From: Callorhinchus milii
Lineage: Eukaryota
Direction: 5' to 3'
DNA: 64,000 nt
Assembly (NCBI RefSeq): GCF_018977255.1
Contig: NW_024704745.1
Location: 12,276,001-12,340,000, forward strand
The position numbers were made by a program, and so were the translations under genes. Shown piece by piece: positions 48,231-61,404 of the stretch. The first letter of the stretch is position 1. Each line of letters opens with the position of its first letter. The notes below the pieces were generated by a model, which saw nothing but the letters and a program-made list of their open reading frames with translations, did not search any database and was not told where the DNA came from.

Positions 48231-49028
48231 AATTAAATTTACGAAGAACTAAGCTTTGGGTTTTCCTTGAATGTTTTGGCACAAACACAAAGGGAAAGGT
48301 TAGTTTTAAATAAAAGTCTCACTGCTATTTAGGATTATTTAAAGAATGTATTTTGTTGGTTTCGCGAATCCAGGGTTATCTTTAAAAATAATGACTGTGG
48401 GGGGGGGAAGGGGGCCGGGGGTGGGTGGGAGGCTCAAGATATTCGTAGCCTTCTGCACTTATAGCCTGATAGAATTCTAATATGGAGAAGTTTCTCCCTG
48501 ACATCCCATTTCAGTGTTCCAAGACACTACTCCATGTAAAGGTCACGATATAAATGCAAGTTGTTTTTGTTGTAGTTTCCCTTGTGTTTTGTCCAGATGT
48601 TTCAGGTTTGGATTATCAAGGACATCGAATTTCTAATTCTATCTGTAATCCAATTTTGAATCTTCCACAAGGAATCAAATGCCATGGCCAAGCAGAGAGG
48701 GCAGGCTGCAAGATTGCTGCAATCGGGATAGGTTAGAGTCCTGACAAACATATTTTCGTAGAATGGAGATAAACCCAGCGAAAAAACTGGACCGAACATA
48801 ATCTGGATTAATATTTCAAATGCTTCACAATAGGATGTCCTCCCAACGTGAAAGGCACTGTACAAATGTAATTGTATTGTTGTTGTTGATGGGTTTCCTG
48901 AACCCAGTTAGACAGCAGTCCAGAGGTTATGGAGTAAAAAATGTTTTTTTTAAAATTATAATTGGAAATTTGAAAATGTTACATTTGAACTTTAGACTTC
49001 ATCTTACTCCTTCCAAGAGTGCTACAGT

Positions 49029-49029
<1 letters not shown>

Positions 49030-49071
<42 letters not shown>

Positions 49072-49545
49072 GCATCAACAGCAACATCAACAACAACAAT
49101 AAATGCATTTATATTTATATTGCGCCTTTCACATCAGGATAACGTCCCAAGGCACTGGATAGTGAAGGATTTTCACCCGAGCTGCGGGTTGGGATCAGAG
49201 AGTGGTGGAGGGCAAGGGAATGGAGGAGGGAGGATTACCAAGGCACTGTCGAAAAAGAAGGTCTTGGGATGGGCGTTCAAAGAGGCAAGGGAGGGGGTGT
49301 GGTAGAGGGACTTAAGTGCCTGCAGAGCAGAGGGAGTGGACATGTTGGTGAAGTTTTACTAGGTTGCAGAGAGTGGAAACCAGTTTTGAGAGGTTCAAAC
49401 AGGGAGTTGCTGGAGAGAAAAGAGAGAAGCTGGGGAGCAACGACTCGTTCCTGAACCTTAGGAAGAAAGGGAAGGTTGGAGATGCGTCGGTAGTTTAACA
49501 AGAGAGTTGGGTCAAGGGAACACTTAACACTCAGCATCTCGTTAA
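49030..49545 (-). mobile_element. L2 LINE remnant with internal deletion
   Basis: Peptide SLDPTLLLNYRRISNLPFLPKVQERVVAPQL..FLSSNSLFEP (L2 pre-RT) joined directly to an L2 3' end and (caa)n tail. Confidence 0.85.
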
Positions 49546-49989
49546 ACTAAGGGATTTTGCACAGGACAAATAAAAATTGATCTGGAATGGAATCAACCAT
49601 CTTTTGTGCCAGTGAAAGGGGAAAACTGAATCCTGTTCTTTAATAGATATCAACACTTGTTTTCCACTTTCCCATGTTTGTCACAGAATAAATTTGATTC
49701 AGTTGTTACAGTATTTCCACCCACCATGAAACAAACCTAAAAAAATCTTTGGAACTAATTACTTCAAAACTCAAATGGCAAAGTAGAATAAAAAAATCAA
49801 TTATATTGTCTCAAGGGTTTCACTCAATTATTAATGATATAAACCAGCTCCAAGACGGCTCAGCGCATGGTCTGCTGTGAGGGCTATATCCATGGATATT
49901 AGACAGGTTTGACCAGTTCATGATTTTTAAACAATTTATTGAGGTAACTAGCAGTTACATTTGCAGTTCGTATCTTCTCCTCATATTCT

Positions 49990-50640
49990 CCAGCGGAGCC
50001 TATCTTCAGTTCCCAATTTTCCCTTTCCTGCAACCCTCAATTGTCAGGATTATCTGACTGTAAGAGGGTGACCAGATAAGTACACAGTATTCCAGATAGG
50101 GTTGGACTAGTGCTCCACACACGTTCAGTGTCACTTCTTGCAATTTATATTCAAGCTTTGCAGCAAGATCACACTTGCTTGCTTTACTGCAGCTTGCTAT
50201 ACATTGTGCTGATGTTTTCAAAAGTCCAGCCACCAAATCGTTCACCGTGCAGACGAAGACTACTCACCTTATATTTCTACTGTTTATTTTCCTTTCCCAA
50301 TCTAACTGCTATTGACACTAGTCATTCTTGATGCCTTAACCTATCCAACCCTGTGTATTTGGCCATCCTATTCCCTAATTATTTACAACTCCTTCAGTTC
50401 AATATCATCAGCAAACATAACAAGCTTTATTTCTGTCCTCCAATTTCAAATTATTTATGTAGAGTGTGAATAGATTTAGCCCTAACACTGATCCCGGAAG
50501 CACTCTGTTAATTACCTCCTTTCAGCTTCTTGTACAATTAACTATCTAACATTTCCTATAACTTGAGTCAATTTTGGATTAATCTCCTCCCTATCCTAAA
50601 ACTCAATCAGTCAGTACCTTTCTGAGATACCAGTTGTATT
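49990..50640 (-). mobile_element. CR1 LINE fragments, degraded
   Basis: LVQPYLEYCVLIWSPSY; cagtgttagggctaaatctattcacactctacataaataatt (SVLG..LFTLYINN). Confidence 0.7.
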
Positions 50641-51074
50641 ACAAGTTTTGAATCAATGAGAAAAAACACATTGATTTAGTGTTAATAATGTTTCTTAAAA
50701 GTGCTATTGCCAGTTCAGCTGAAGAAAGCACATATTGATGCTAAATCTTTTTTCTAATGATGTCTGGTAAGTTTCACAAAATGCCTCAAAATCTGAAAGT
50801 GCATATATTGAGTATATAATGAAGTAGGTCCTTTGGACCTGAATTACTCTTTGAATCAGTGTTGAAAAACAACAAGTTCAGACGATACTGGGGACTATTT
50901 TGCTCCCAAAATATACAGTCAATTCACTTTACAGTATATTCTGTGAAGTGCTTTGAGACATCTCGAAGACGTGATAAGGTGCTGTGTCAAATGCAATGAT
51001 TATTATTATTGTTATTACAAACAAACTATTACATTCTTATTGTATTGCATTGAATTGTTTCTTAAGAGAATTAT

Positions 51075-51490
51075 ACTGCTGCTAATAATCCTCGGATTTA
51101 AGATAGAGCCTTATCATGTCATTGAGAAGTTTCATTGCGCTTCACAGGATATACTGTAAAGTGCAGTGACTATATTTTGTGGGGAAACATGGCAGCCAGT
51201 GGCAATGCAATGTCCCACAAACAGCCATGGAGTGAGTGACCAATTTTTTTCTATTTGGGGGATTGTTGGCCAGGAGAAACTTCTTTCTATTTTCGAGTAG
51301 TGCCATGGTTTCTTTAACATCCACCTGAACAGGCAGATGGGTCCTCGGCTTAACGTCTCATCTGAAGGATAGCACCTCCGACAATGCAACCCCCTGCCCA
51401 GCATTGCTTAGTCTATGTGGGTTCATATCCCAACAAGGGGCTTGTACCCCTCAGAGGTGAGAGTGCTACCACCGGGCCAAGATGACACCA
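51075..51490 (-). mobile_element. Old DeuSINE, near full length
   Basis: tgccatggtttctttaacatccacctgaacaggcagatgggtcctcggcttaacgtctcatctgaaggatagcacctccgacaatgc. Confidence 0.85.
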
Positions 51491-52194
51491 GCAAACCAGA
51501 TGTTTCCTCCAGCTGTCAATCAAAGATCCTCAATCTATGATGCTTTATCAGACAGCTCTCAAAATCATGTCACAGAAAATGGGTTTTTTAGGGCAAAACG
51601 GTTCCACAGAAAGGTTTCAGCAGTTAGATTGAAAGGTATTACTTTTAGACTTGCGCCTCACTATCAACATTGCATCAAGATGACCGACTGAAAAGTTAAC
51701 CATTTCACAAGAGATTTTCATAATGGCAGAAGCAGCAAGCGTGGAAAATGTGGTTTATCTGATAATCCATCTTCACGTGGAAGATGAGTATTTCAGAAAA
51801 ACAAGTTGCAGGCAGAGAATATCCTGGGCAGAAAGAAAGCACTACACAGGGATGAATTGTATTCCCTGGTGGTATATCACAGGAGCACTGAAGCACCATG
51901 TCTTACAATCCCTTAAGGTACTGTCTTTGCAATTCTCTTGCTGCCAAATGACGATTCAGGACCTATAATACTGTACACTTCTGCATAAAGACTCCAGAGG
52001 GGCTTCAGGGAGAAAATAATCTCACAAGATGCAGTGCTCGTACTGTGGCCATTTCTTTCCTGTGGTCAAAGCATAAAGCATTATTTTTTAAGAGTGGAAC
52101 AGTTAACTGCAGTTTTAAAACGCTGCCCACACGAAGGGATCTATATAAATTCAAGTTGTTGTTGAAGCTAACAGATTCTTAATATAAATAGTAT

Positions 52195-52526
52195 AATTTA
52201 ATAATAATAATAATAATAATCCTTGCATTTGATATAGCGCTTTTCACGTCGGGAGGACGTCCCAAAGCACTTCACAGAACACACTGTAAAGTGAATTGAC
52301 TGTATATTTGTGGGCGAACGCGGCAGCCAATTGCTCACAGCAATGTCCCACAAACAGTCGTAGATTGAAAATGACCAATTTATTATTGTTTTTGGTTTTG
52401 GAGGGATTATTATTAGGCTCTATGTGGAGTAAGGAAACTTGCCCAAGGTTTCGCCCTCTGCCTGGAATTGAACTCAGGTCTCTCGCTTGCAAAGCGAGTG
52501 CTCTAACCACTGAGCTACAGGACTCC
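52195..52526 (-). mobile_element. Young tRNA-Ala SINE, short form
   Basis: Full-length, ends ctacaggactcc; among the least diverged copies. Confidence 0.93.
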
Positions 52527-53079
52527 AGAGGTGATAAGTGGCTATTCCATTAAATCAGTATGTACAACATTTATAACACAGAGCAGGAAGAATTTGACAC
52601 ACTGAATAACCCCCCCAAAAATTGAATAACTTGCATTCAGTTAAAAGGTATAATAATAATAATAATAATAATCCTTGCATTTGATATAGCTCCTTATCAC
52701 GTCGTTGAGATGTCTCAATGTGCTTCACAGATTATATTGTAAAGTGGATTGACTGTATTTTGGACAAATGCAACAAACAATACTTTGTGTATTGACACAT
52801 ATGTAACTAACAGAGCAAAAACACTGTTGTGCAAGTATTATCCAGTTGGATATTTTGTATCACCAGTACAGATAAGAAAATAATAGAGGGAATTATGAAG
52901 TGGTAAAAATCGACAGTGTTCTTGTGAACCGTAAGTATCAGTATATTGCTCAATCTGTTTATAATTACCATCAGAACCTAAAGTTTGTTGTTCTGATTAG
53001 GTTCCTCTGACGTGTCTTATATCTTTTATGATACGTCAGGAATTTGAATTCACATAATCTTGGCTGACCCTTCAATGGA

Positions 53080-53430
53080 GTGCTGGGGGAGTGCTGTGTT
53101 GGAGGTTATTCAGATGAAATGTTAAACCAAGGTCCTATCTGCCTGTTCAGGTGAACATTTAAGATCCCATGACACTACTTGAAAAGAGAAGGGAGCTACT
53201 CTCATGAAATGGGGTTTCTCTCTGGCTAATGATTCCCCACATAAAATTGGTAGTCACTTCACACCTGTGTTTGGACATGGCTGTTATTATTATTATACAA
53301 ATCATCTGCTGTTTTTTCCCACAAAATGCACAGTCACTACACGTTACAGTATATCCTGTGAATAACTTTGAGTCTTCCTTCTGATATGATGCACTACATC
53401 AAATGCAAGGATTATTATTATTATTATACA
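53080..53430 (+). mobile_element. Old DeuSINE
   Basis: gttaaaccaaggtcctatctgcctgttcaggtgaacatttaagatcccatgacact. Confidence 0.78.
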
Positions 53431-53914
53431 ATTCCAATTTTTATTTCGAAAAGTTAAAATTGCTTGTGAATTACTGGGGGCTCAGATGATAGCAATGTGA
53501 ATAATTCAACAGAATTACTAACTGGAATGGTATCAGTGAGTACTGTTAGGAGTATTGTTAGGTAATCCAGTGCATATCATTCTGATCCAATAAAAGCTCT
53601 GCAGGACAAACAATGGAGGCAAGGAATAAATTAAACCTTTCTCAATGCCTAAAGCCTGAAGATGCAACACAAAGCACATTGTTTTCCCAGCACAGTAAGT
53701 TGGTGGGGGGAGGTTAGTTTGTGAAATGAACAAGATAAAAATAAGGATGATCTCCCCCCACCCACACACACAAACACAACTTCTCAATGTTAGAAGTGCC
53801 GTTGAAAGATCACAAGATCTTGATTCGTTCTCTCTCCCCGAAAAGGTTTGTCAACATTGTTTTGCAAAGCTTGTGCTCATTTTAGGAACAGTAAGACTGA
53901 TCATAATATTGCTT

Positions 53915-54335
53915 TGAATGAAGACGACCTTTCAGCCCATTTGATTTCCTCCTTCCTGAATAGTCACCCTCTGTCTTCCCAACACCATGTCAAGCTGTCC
54001 ACCCTTCCTGGTAATCTGTTCCAGTCATTAATTACATCCTGGATAAAGAAATATTTCCTGGTGCTCAATGTGAAATTGCCCTTTGAAACTTTAAACCTCT
54101 GCCCTTTTGTTCTACTGTGTTGGTGCATCCTAAAGTATTGTTTGGGGTTTATTTTTTCAATCCAATTTAAAAGTTTATACATCTCTATAAAATCTCCTCA
54201 GAGACATCTTCTCTCAAGACTGAAGAGCCCTAGCTTGTCTAATTATTGCTCGTGAATCATTTCTCTAGCAGTCGGGATCATCCTTGTTGCTGTCCTCTGC
54301 ATTGCCTCTTGGGTTTGGACAGCCCTTTATGTCAA
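53915..54335 (-). mobile_element. CR1 LINE 3' fragment
   Basis: KQYFRMHQHSRTKGQRFKV...RKYFFIQDVINDWNRLP. Confidence 0.85.
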
Positions 54336-55200
54336 CCAGAACAGTGTGCAGTTAATTGCGTGGACTTTTGTGTGGTAAGAATCATCTTTGGAATAATACC
54401 ACAATGATCCTACATGCTAACCAAGTTGGAAACGTGTCCTCAATTGAAGTAAGTAAAAATGATAGATCATTACTTGAATATACAACATGAAGCCTAACAC
54501 GTACATAGCGGCTGAATAGTTAATTCAATTTAATCAGACGTGAAGGTGTCAAGCCATGGAAATGTGAACACATTAAATTTAGTTGAACAAAAGTCATCAT
54601 CAGTGCATTGACATAATTTGAAAAAGCACTTTAGCAGTTTCCAATTATCAATGAGCTGAATAAAAATGAGAGGGTAAAATCTGTGATATTCTTTATTTAA
54701 TTCTACCATTGAACAATGTCAGAAAAAAACTGAATGACAGCACGCCCCTCCAGGGAAGTGATTTCTTCCTTTCCACATCCTTGTTCCCGCTATTTTTCTG
54801 TATCTGACGCAAGCAAATTTTATTTTGTAAATTTTTGGTTGTTTTCAGGTTAAATAGTTTTTTCTCAGTATTAGCCTGCCAAAGAGGCTAGAAATCTGCA
54901 CTCTCCTTGGTCCAAAAAATAATCTTTAGTGATGAACCTCGAGACCTTGAAGTTTTGTACTAATTGCTAAAACTAACAAGTTTTACATTATTCATATTTC
55001 AATTTACCATTAGAAACAAGCAATGCTATCTTTTAGTGATCTCACCTTTAAAAGCCCTCAATGACTCCACTTACATATGACTAATGTCCACTTTGGTGAG
55101 GTATCAAATGGTTATCGTATAGTCATACACAGTCAGTTAATACATTCAGAAGAGAGGAGAAAATCAACAAATTAATGTTTGACCTTCAAAACTATTTTCT

Positions 55201-55513
55201 TTATAATAATAATCCTTGCATTTGATATAGTGCTTTTCACGTCTTCTTGACATCTCAAAGCGCTTCACAGAATAGACTGTAAAGTGAATTGACTGTATAT
55301 TTGTGGACGAAACGTGGCAGCCAATTGCACACAGCAGTGTCCCACAAACAGTCGTGGATTAAAAATGACCAATTAATTATTGTTTTATTTTGGAGGGATT
55401 ATTATTAGGCGTGTGGAGTAAGCAAACTTGCCCAATGTTTCGCCCTGCTTGGAATTGAACTCAGGTGACTCACTTGCAAGGCAAGTGTATCTAACCACTG
55501 AGCTACAGGACTC
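55201..55513 (-). mobile_element. tRNA SINE, short form
   Basis: Full-length family match. Confidence 0.9.
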
Positions 55514-57949
55514 TACATTTATCATTATCAGAGAAGAGTATGTTATTCAATGGGTGAAATTTGTCATATTTTTCCCCAAATGACAAATACTCTTAAAGTT
55601 CTGTAGCAGATAAAGTTTACTCCAATTTTAACATTTCTTGATTCCGTAACAGCTAAGTATTCTCCACATGTTTTTATATAGCACCTTTCAAACTGGGTAA
55701 CGCCTTGGGAGTGCTTTACAGGATGGGGGTTGGACTCTGAGCAAGGGAGAGGGTGTGTGGCCATCTCCAAGACTTTAACAATAAAAATGAGTATAATAAT
55801 ATAATAATCCTTGCATTTGATATAGCACCTTATTACATCAATGAGATGTCTCAAAGCGCTTCACAGGATGTACTGTAAAGTGAATTGACTGTGTATTTTT
55901 GTTGGTGAAACGCGACAACCAAAGTATATAATATTCCTTGCTTTTGATATAGCACCTTTCTCTTTGGGATGCTATGGAATCTATTGAATTCAGCAAATGG
56001 ACGGTAAGGTGCAGACTAAAAACAAGTGCATGCCAGAAAAGTGACAGCTTTCTAAATATTGTGACATTCTGTCTCAGTAGTGAGCATAAAAGTAGTGTCT
56101 TTATCCCATCACTGGTACCAATTACAACAGCACCTGCTTGGCCGGTGTGAATGAAGCATTGAGGAAACATTTTGAAGTATTTTTCCAGATCAATTTGAAT
56201 TTGAATTGAAAAAAAATTCGGATATTCTGGAGAGCGAAAAAAATTAGAATGTTCACCTGTTCTTATTACGAGTTCAACGAGTATACAGTGAGGTAAATTC
56301 TTGTACATTGCTCTAAACATGTTTTGCATATGTATGTGCATTTTTTTTAATCACCCGAAAGGAAATCTAAAGAAACTTTATTTTGCGTTATTGGCTTTGC
56401 TGATGTGGTTTTGGCAGCTTTAAAGGAGTATCCAAAAGGTTTCTCCATTTTCCTTTCAATTAATTTTATGCTGGTGTCCAGCTGTTCACGAGTTTGAATG
56501 GTGACCCAGGAGAAAATTGTCTGTGGAATGACATTCCTTTCAGCTCTGGGGGAAAAAGGGTGACTCTACATTGTGACATCTAACTACCTTGCAGTGAAGC
56601 TTCATGCCAGAAAACTGACAACTTAATAAATGTAACGTGTTGTCAGGCTGGAATGTGAGCATAAAATGCAGGATCATTATACTAACCACTGCTACCAATT
56701 GTAATACACACCTGGACCCATGGAAGCTAAGTGTGGGGGGAGGGTATTTATACATGTTGCCTGGAAGCAGGAGATGGGAGTATATTCCCTGGTGCTCTGT
56801 GAAATTGCTTTCTACTCACAACCAGCATTTTTTTGTTTGAAGCGAGATTATTCCACTGAGCTAATCCTAACCTTTTTGGAGGAGGGAGGAGTTGAATCTG
56901 AAGTTAAAGTCATATAAATTTAGTATAAATAAATTAGTTCCCCGTCCACAGTAGATTTTGAGTGACATGCTGACAAAACAGGCCATGAGAGAGAAATGGC
57001 CAAGGTTTTTCTGGTTTGTGCACATTATTCAGTTTGCAATGTATTTCATAAAACAAGTTCCAGGGGGAAATGTCTGAGCACCTCTCTAATTGGCTCAGCT
57101 TCTCGGATGCATGTCATTACCTAAAGATAGAGCCTGAACAGCCTGCAGCTCTTAGAACTCTGCTGTTTCTGTAACATGGCGGTTTCTTTATTTTTTTCCC
57201 CTCGGTTCAGTGCATCCCCCACAGAAACATGGCTTCCTTCTTAATTGAATGAATTATCAAGCGAATTCAGCTCCTGACCTTCATCTGGGCTCTATTCACT
57301 GAGAAAGCCTGTTCTTTTTGGGGAAAAAAATTTCTTCCAGACTCCTATTGACTAGCTGTCACCTTCTCTGCTCCAGTAAGTTTCTTCTCCACTAATCTTA
57401 TGCTCTGTCTTGCTCTCCATGCTCACGTTGCGAGCAGAGAGAGAAAGAACATAACTAGAAGGACATTTATTTTAAATCCTTGTATTTTATGTGCCTACCA
57501 ATTTCCTTTTGGTCAGTCTGACACATGTGGAAACTCATGGGTTTCCCCAAAATGAGTGCTTATTATTCTCATTTTATCCTTCTGTTCAATTCTTTATTGT
57601 ATTTCTTCACACAAGTGCTAAAATATCCAAGGCATTAACCGTAACAGTTGTCAACCATGGTTGACCTACTTAACTTCACACTTTGTATGGCCATTACTCT
57701 TGTGATAACATAAATTCTCCAATTTAAAATGGTGAGCAGTCTGGAGGAGAGAGTGGTTTGGGTGGTACTGTGGGTTAGCATTCTGTCCTTTTTATTCACC
57801 ATTTAGTTTCCAATTCAACAAAAAAATGGCATTAAATTGTCAATCTCACTCAGCAAGGCTATGAGGAAGACTTGCATGAGAAGTTACAAGTTATCTGATT
57901 TCACTCTTTTGGTAAACTAAACCTACTGCTACCCATTTCAGCATTTCTT

Positions 57950-58370
57950 AAACGTGACAAGCATCCTGACCTCTACCGCCCTCCTTGGCAGCTCATTACA
58001 GCTATTGATTACCCTCTTTGGAAAAAAACCTTCCTGGTATCTTTCCAAAAATTGCTCTTCACAGCCCTAAACTTAGATCCTGGTACTATAATCGAGTGCT
58101 GTTTTGTGTTCAATTTCTCCTTATGGACTTCTATGACACCCATCTAATACAGCTCTTTTTAAAGCCAAAAGACCCCAAGCTTTAATTCAGTTGAATCATT
58201 TAATTTTATTTGATTGAATCATTCCATATAGCTTATTCCTCTGACACTAACAAACAACTCTGTTCCTCTTCTACTTCCTACTTGTAAGGCATATGTTTGG
58301 ATTGTCTTATATCACAATAACCGGAACTGTGTGTTGTATTCTAGGTGCAACCTGACCAAGGCATTACACA
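57950..58370 (-). mobile_element. CR1 LINE 3' fragment, degraded
   Basis: ctctaccgccctccttggcagctcattacag...ggaaaaaaaccttcctggt...aactgtgtgttgtattctaggtg. Confidence 0.55.
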
Positions 58371-59714
58371 CTCGACATTTTGTTAAACATGATATATGAC
58401 AACTGGTTTCTCCATTCCTTAATAAACTGATAATTTAGAGAGTTGCAATCTTTTGGGAAGTGATTATTATAAATCAGTAACTTTTTTACTTTGCCTAATG
58501 TCCCAAAGTAATTTTCCAAGACCTGATAGACACCTTAATTGCTTTTCAAATATATAAAACAAAATACATTTATGTATTTGGCAGATAGGAGGTTCTAGAT
58601 CAAAAGGAAGGTGAGGAAAATGTTGATATTGTGAGAGACTTCTTTAGGGAGCAAATGCACTTGTCTTTATTGAAACTGACCAGTGAAGCACAATTAAATC
58701 TAAATAATAACTTTCAGGCATACTGAAGTGCAGAACATCATGCAGAAACCCCTGGGGAACTATCACATCCTTCCAACCATTCAAAGTTGGATCCATGTTT
58801 GGAAGTAACTATCAAAGATTCTCATTGGGTTAGTAAAGTGTTTGTTTGTAATGACATATGCAAAACAAATAAACTAACTTCAGACACATGAAATGTGAAT
58901 TGACAATACCTATCAACTTATATTAAATGTTGAGTATATTTATAAATGATAGTAGAAACATTAACAGGACTAAAGGAGGCTATTCAATTTTTATGGTTAA
59001 AAATTCCATTGAATTTTACATGTGTTGTCTTTAGACGATGTTAGATCCATAAAGGAGGACTGTTTGCATACAGGTCTTGTATGCTGCAAGCTTGACCTGC
59101 ATTGGGACTTTGCTGTCATTGAAGAGATGAGTATGATCAGATTGCCATGCAGTCCTTCAGGCCAGTATCCAGGCAGAAGGTGGTGCTCCTCATGACCCTG
59201 ACGTACTGATAAAAATCAACAATCGGGACTGATGCCTCTCATGTCTTCCAATCTATACACTCGATGTCTTCTCTTGACCTTCGCAGAACCATTATTCTGC
59301 TTTCTGAAGCCCATTCTTGCGTCCTTTCCCCAACGCCTTTAACAAACCGAGACACATTAACGTACCACCTACAAAAGGAATTTTCATCACGGACATCCAT
59401 TGTATAAATATATATACAAGAGGGGATGCGGATTTGCGGAAAGCAAATTACTTGCGGCTTACGCCACAAGTCAGTTAAAGGTGTCATTCCCCACGAAGCA
59501 CAGGGTATCTTCCATCTTTACCCACTTTCCGGGAGAAAGATCCGAAAATTGGTACCGAACAGCGGCGGCGGCAGCAGCAGGTAGCGCAGTCTCGGCCGCC
59601 TCTTCCTTCTCTTGTTATCATTCCCACGAGATCTGCCCACCAAACAAGGCAGACGGCGTGGCAGGAGCAGCCCCCGTCGACGGCTTTGGAGACGTCTCGA
59701 CCGCCCGATAGTGC

Positions 59715-59718
59715 GAGG

Positions 59719-59753
<35 letters not shown>

Positions 59754-59762
59754 CATCATCAC
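59715..59762. repeat. (ATT)n(ATC)n tract, probably an eroded SINE tail
   Basis: Preceded by gctttggagacgtctcg...gatagtgcgagg, a GC-drifted version of the SINE tail. Confidence 0.7.
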
Positions 59763-60553
59763 TACACTTTCCAAAACATCATAATTCCGATAACCCGCTC
59801 TTCGGATTTCCTTGAGCGTTTACCATTGGACACCGGGGACCGACCCCCCCCCACCCCGTCACATCTTTTGAGACGACGACGACGACGACGACAACAACAA
59901 CAAAACGACGTTCGCCTCAAGAGGCGCTTCGCGGGAAACGCGGCCCACGTCCCGCAAAAGCGCTCCGGAGCCAGTGAGCCAACTTTGACGCGGTTGCCAT
60001 CGCAACGCCTGGGCGAGGAGGCATCTTCGGACCCGCATGGCGCCGGCACGGGCTCTTTGAAGGGGGGTGGGGGGGGTGGGGGGGGGGAGGGAGGGGTGGA
60101 GTGGGGGGGGTGACGGGGGCAGAGCAGCGCTCAGCTTCCCGGGCCGCCACGCGACGGCGAGGCACACGCGCGCGCGCGGCGGGAGGAGCGAGCGGCTGCG
60201 GTTTCTCCCGGGGCGCAGGCGCAGACCGCAAGGAGCGAGCAGGCTTCACCCCGCCCCCGCCCCCGACCCCTCCCCTCGCGCCTGCCTCACGACGCACGCG
60301 CAGACGGCAGGACCCGGGTCAGCCAACGTTTTTCACACTCTCCACCCCCTCGCCCCTCCCCCCTTCTCTCCCCCCCCCCCCCCCCACCCCACACCACCAT
60401 CACCGCCGCGCCGCCCGACTCCCACCGCGGAGGCTTCACGGCGCACGCGCACTGGTCCCACACCTGAGCTCCGCGAGCCCCCGACGGCGGTTGGTGGCGG
60501 CTCGAGCGAGCGAGCGAGTGAGCCAACGATCGAGCGAGAGAGCGAGCGGGAGG

Positions 60554-60580
60554 ATGCGGGAGTCCCGGCGGCGACCCTGA
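60554..60580 (+). other. Short upstream ORF (MRESRRRP*) before the MAN1A2 start
   Basis: aggATGc context with A at -3; TGA at 60578-60580, about 80 nt before the main ATG. TSS position is unknown. Confidence 0.45.
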
Positions 60581-60661
60581 GGTTTCCCGCGGCTGCCGGG
60601 GGCCGGGCGGACCTCCCTTGCCGGCTCGCGAGGAGGCGCGGTTGGGGGCTTATCGATGAGG

Positions 60662-61017
60662 ATGTCGAGCCCGGCGCTCCTACCCGTGTCCAGCCGTCGG
60701 CTCGCGGCTCTGAGCCCGAGCTCGTCCGCCTCCTTTTACCCGCATCACAGAGCCACCCTGCGGCTGTCGGAGAAATTTATCCTCCTGCTCATCCTCAGCG
60801 CCTTCATCACCCTGTGCTTCGGGGCCATCTTCTTCCTGCCCGACTCGTCCAAGCACAAGCGCTTCGACCCGCTGGGGCTGCACGACGTGCTGATCCCGCA
60901 CGTCGACCAGGCGGCGAGGCCGGCGGGACGAGACGGCAGCGCCGGGCCACAAGGAGGAGGCGGCGGCGGCGGAGTCATGGTGCATGGAGGCGGGGAGGAG
61001 CATCGGCACCGACACAG
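60662..61017 (+). CDS. MAN1A2: Mannosyl-oligosaccharide 1,2-alpha-mannosidase IB (GH47), coding exon 1
   Basis: Encodes MSSPALLPVSSRR...FYPHHRATLRLSEKFILLLILSAFITLCFGAIFFLPDSSKHKRFD.LGLHDVLIPHVD...EEHRHRH, near-identical to the MAN1A2 N-terminus and type II TM anchor. Ends at donor CAC AG|gtaccg (phase 2). An in-frame ATG lies 6 nt upstream at 60656. Exon 2 was not found within the window. Confidence 0.95.
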
Positions 61018-61404
61018 GTACCGACCGCAGCAGCAGCGGCGGCGGCGGCAGCGGCAGCGGCGGCGGTAGCCCCGTCTCTGCGTGTTGGTGACTGCTCGGG
61101 CGGGTTAGCGCCGCAAGTCAGGGCCAGAACAAGGGGAGGGAGATCCGTTCCTCCTGCGAAAAGAGGAAGGAAGGAGAGAGGGAGAGAGATAGGGAGGGAG
61201 GGGGGGGTGGGGGGGGCTGCGGGTTTAAAGCAGGAGACCCGGGAAGTGCAAAAGGATTTTTATTTTTATTTCGCCGCAACCCTGAATGAAAGATGAGGCA
61301 GTGTCAGAGCTGTGCCCCCGCCGATGGTCCGCGGAACTCGTCGTTGTGGCTGTTTAGTAGCATTAGGGCCCTGAACGCTAACAGCATCGCGCACCAACAC
61401 ACAC

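Noticed and set aside
55838-56341. 167-aa minus-strand ORF
   Set aside because: The C-terminal part is SINE tail, and the rest has no recognisable domain or splice structure.
60067-61296. 409-aa ORF and other overlapping ORFs in the CpG island
   Set aside because: These are stop-poor frames caused by extreme GC content; only the 60662 frame matches a known protein.
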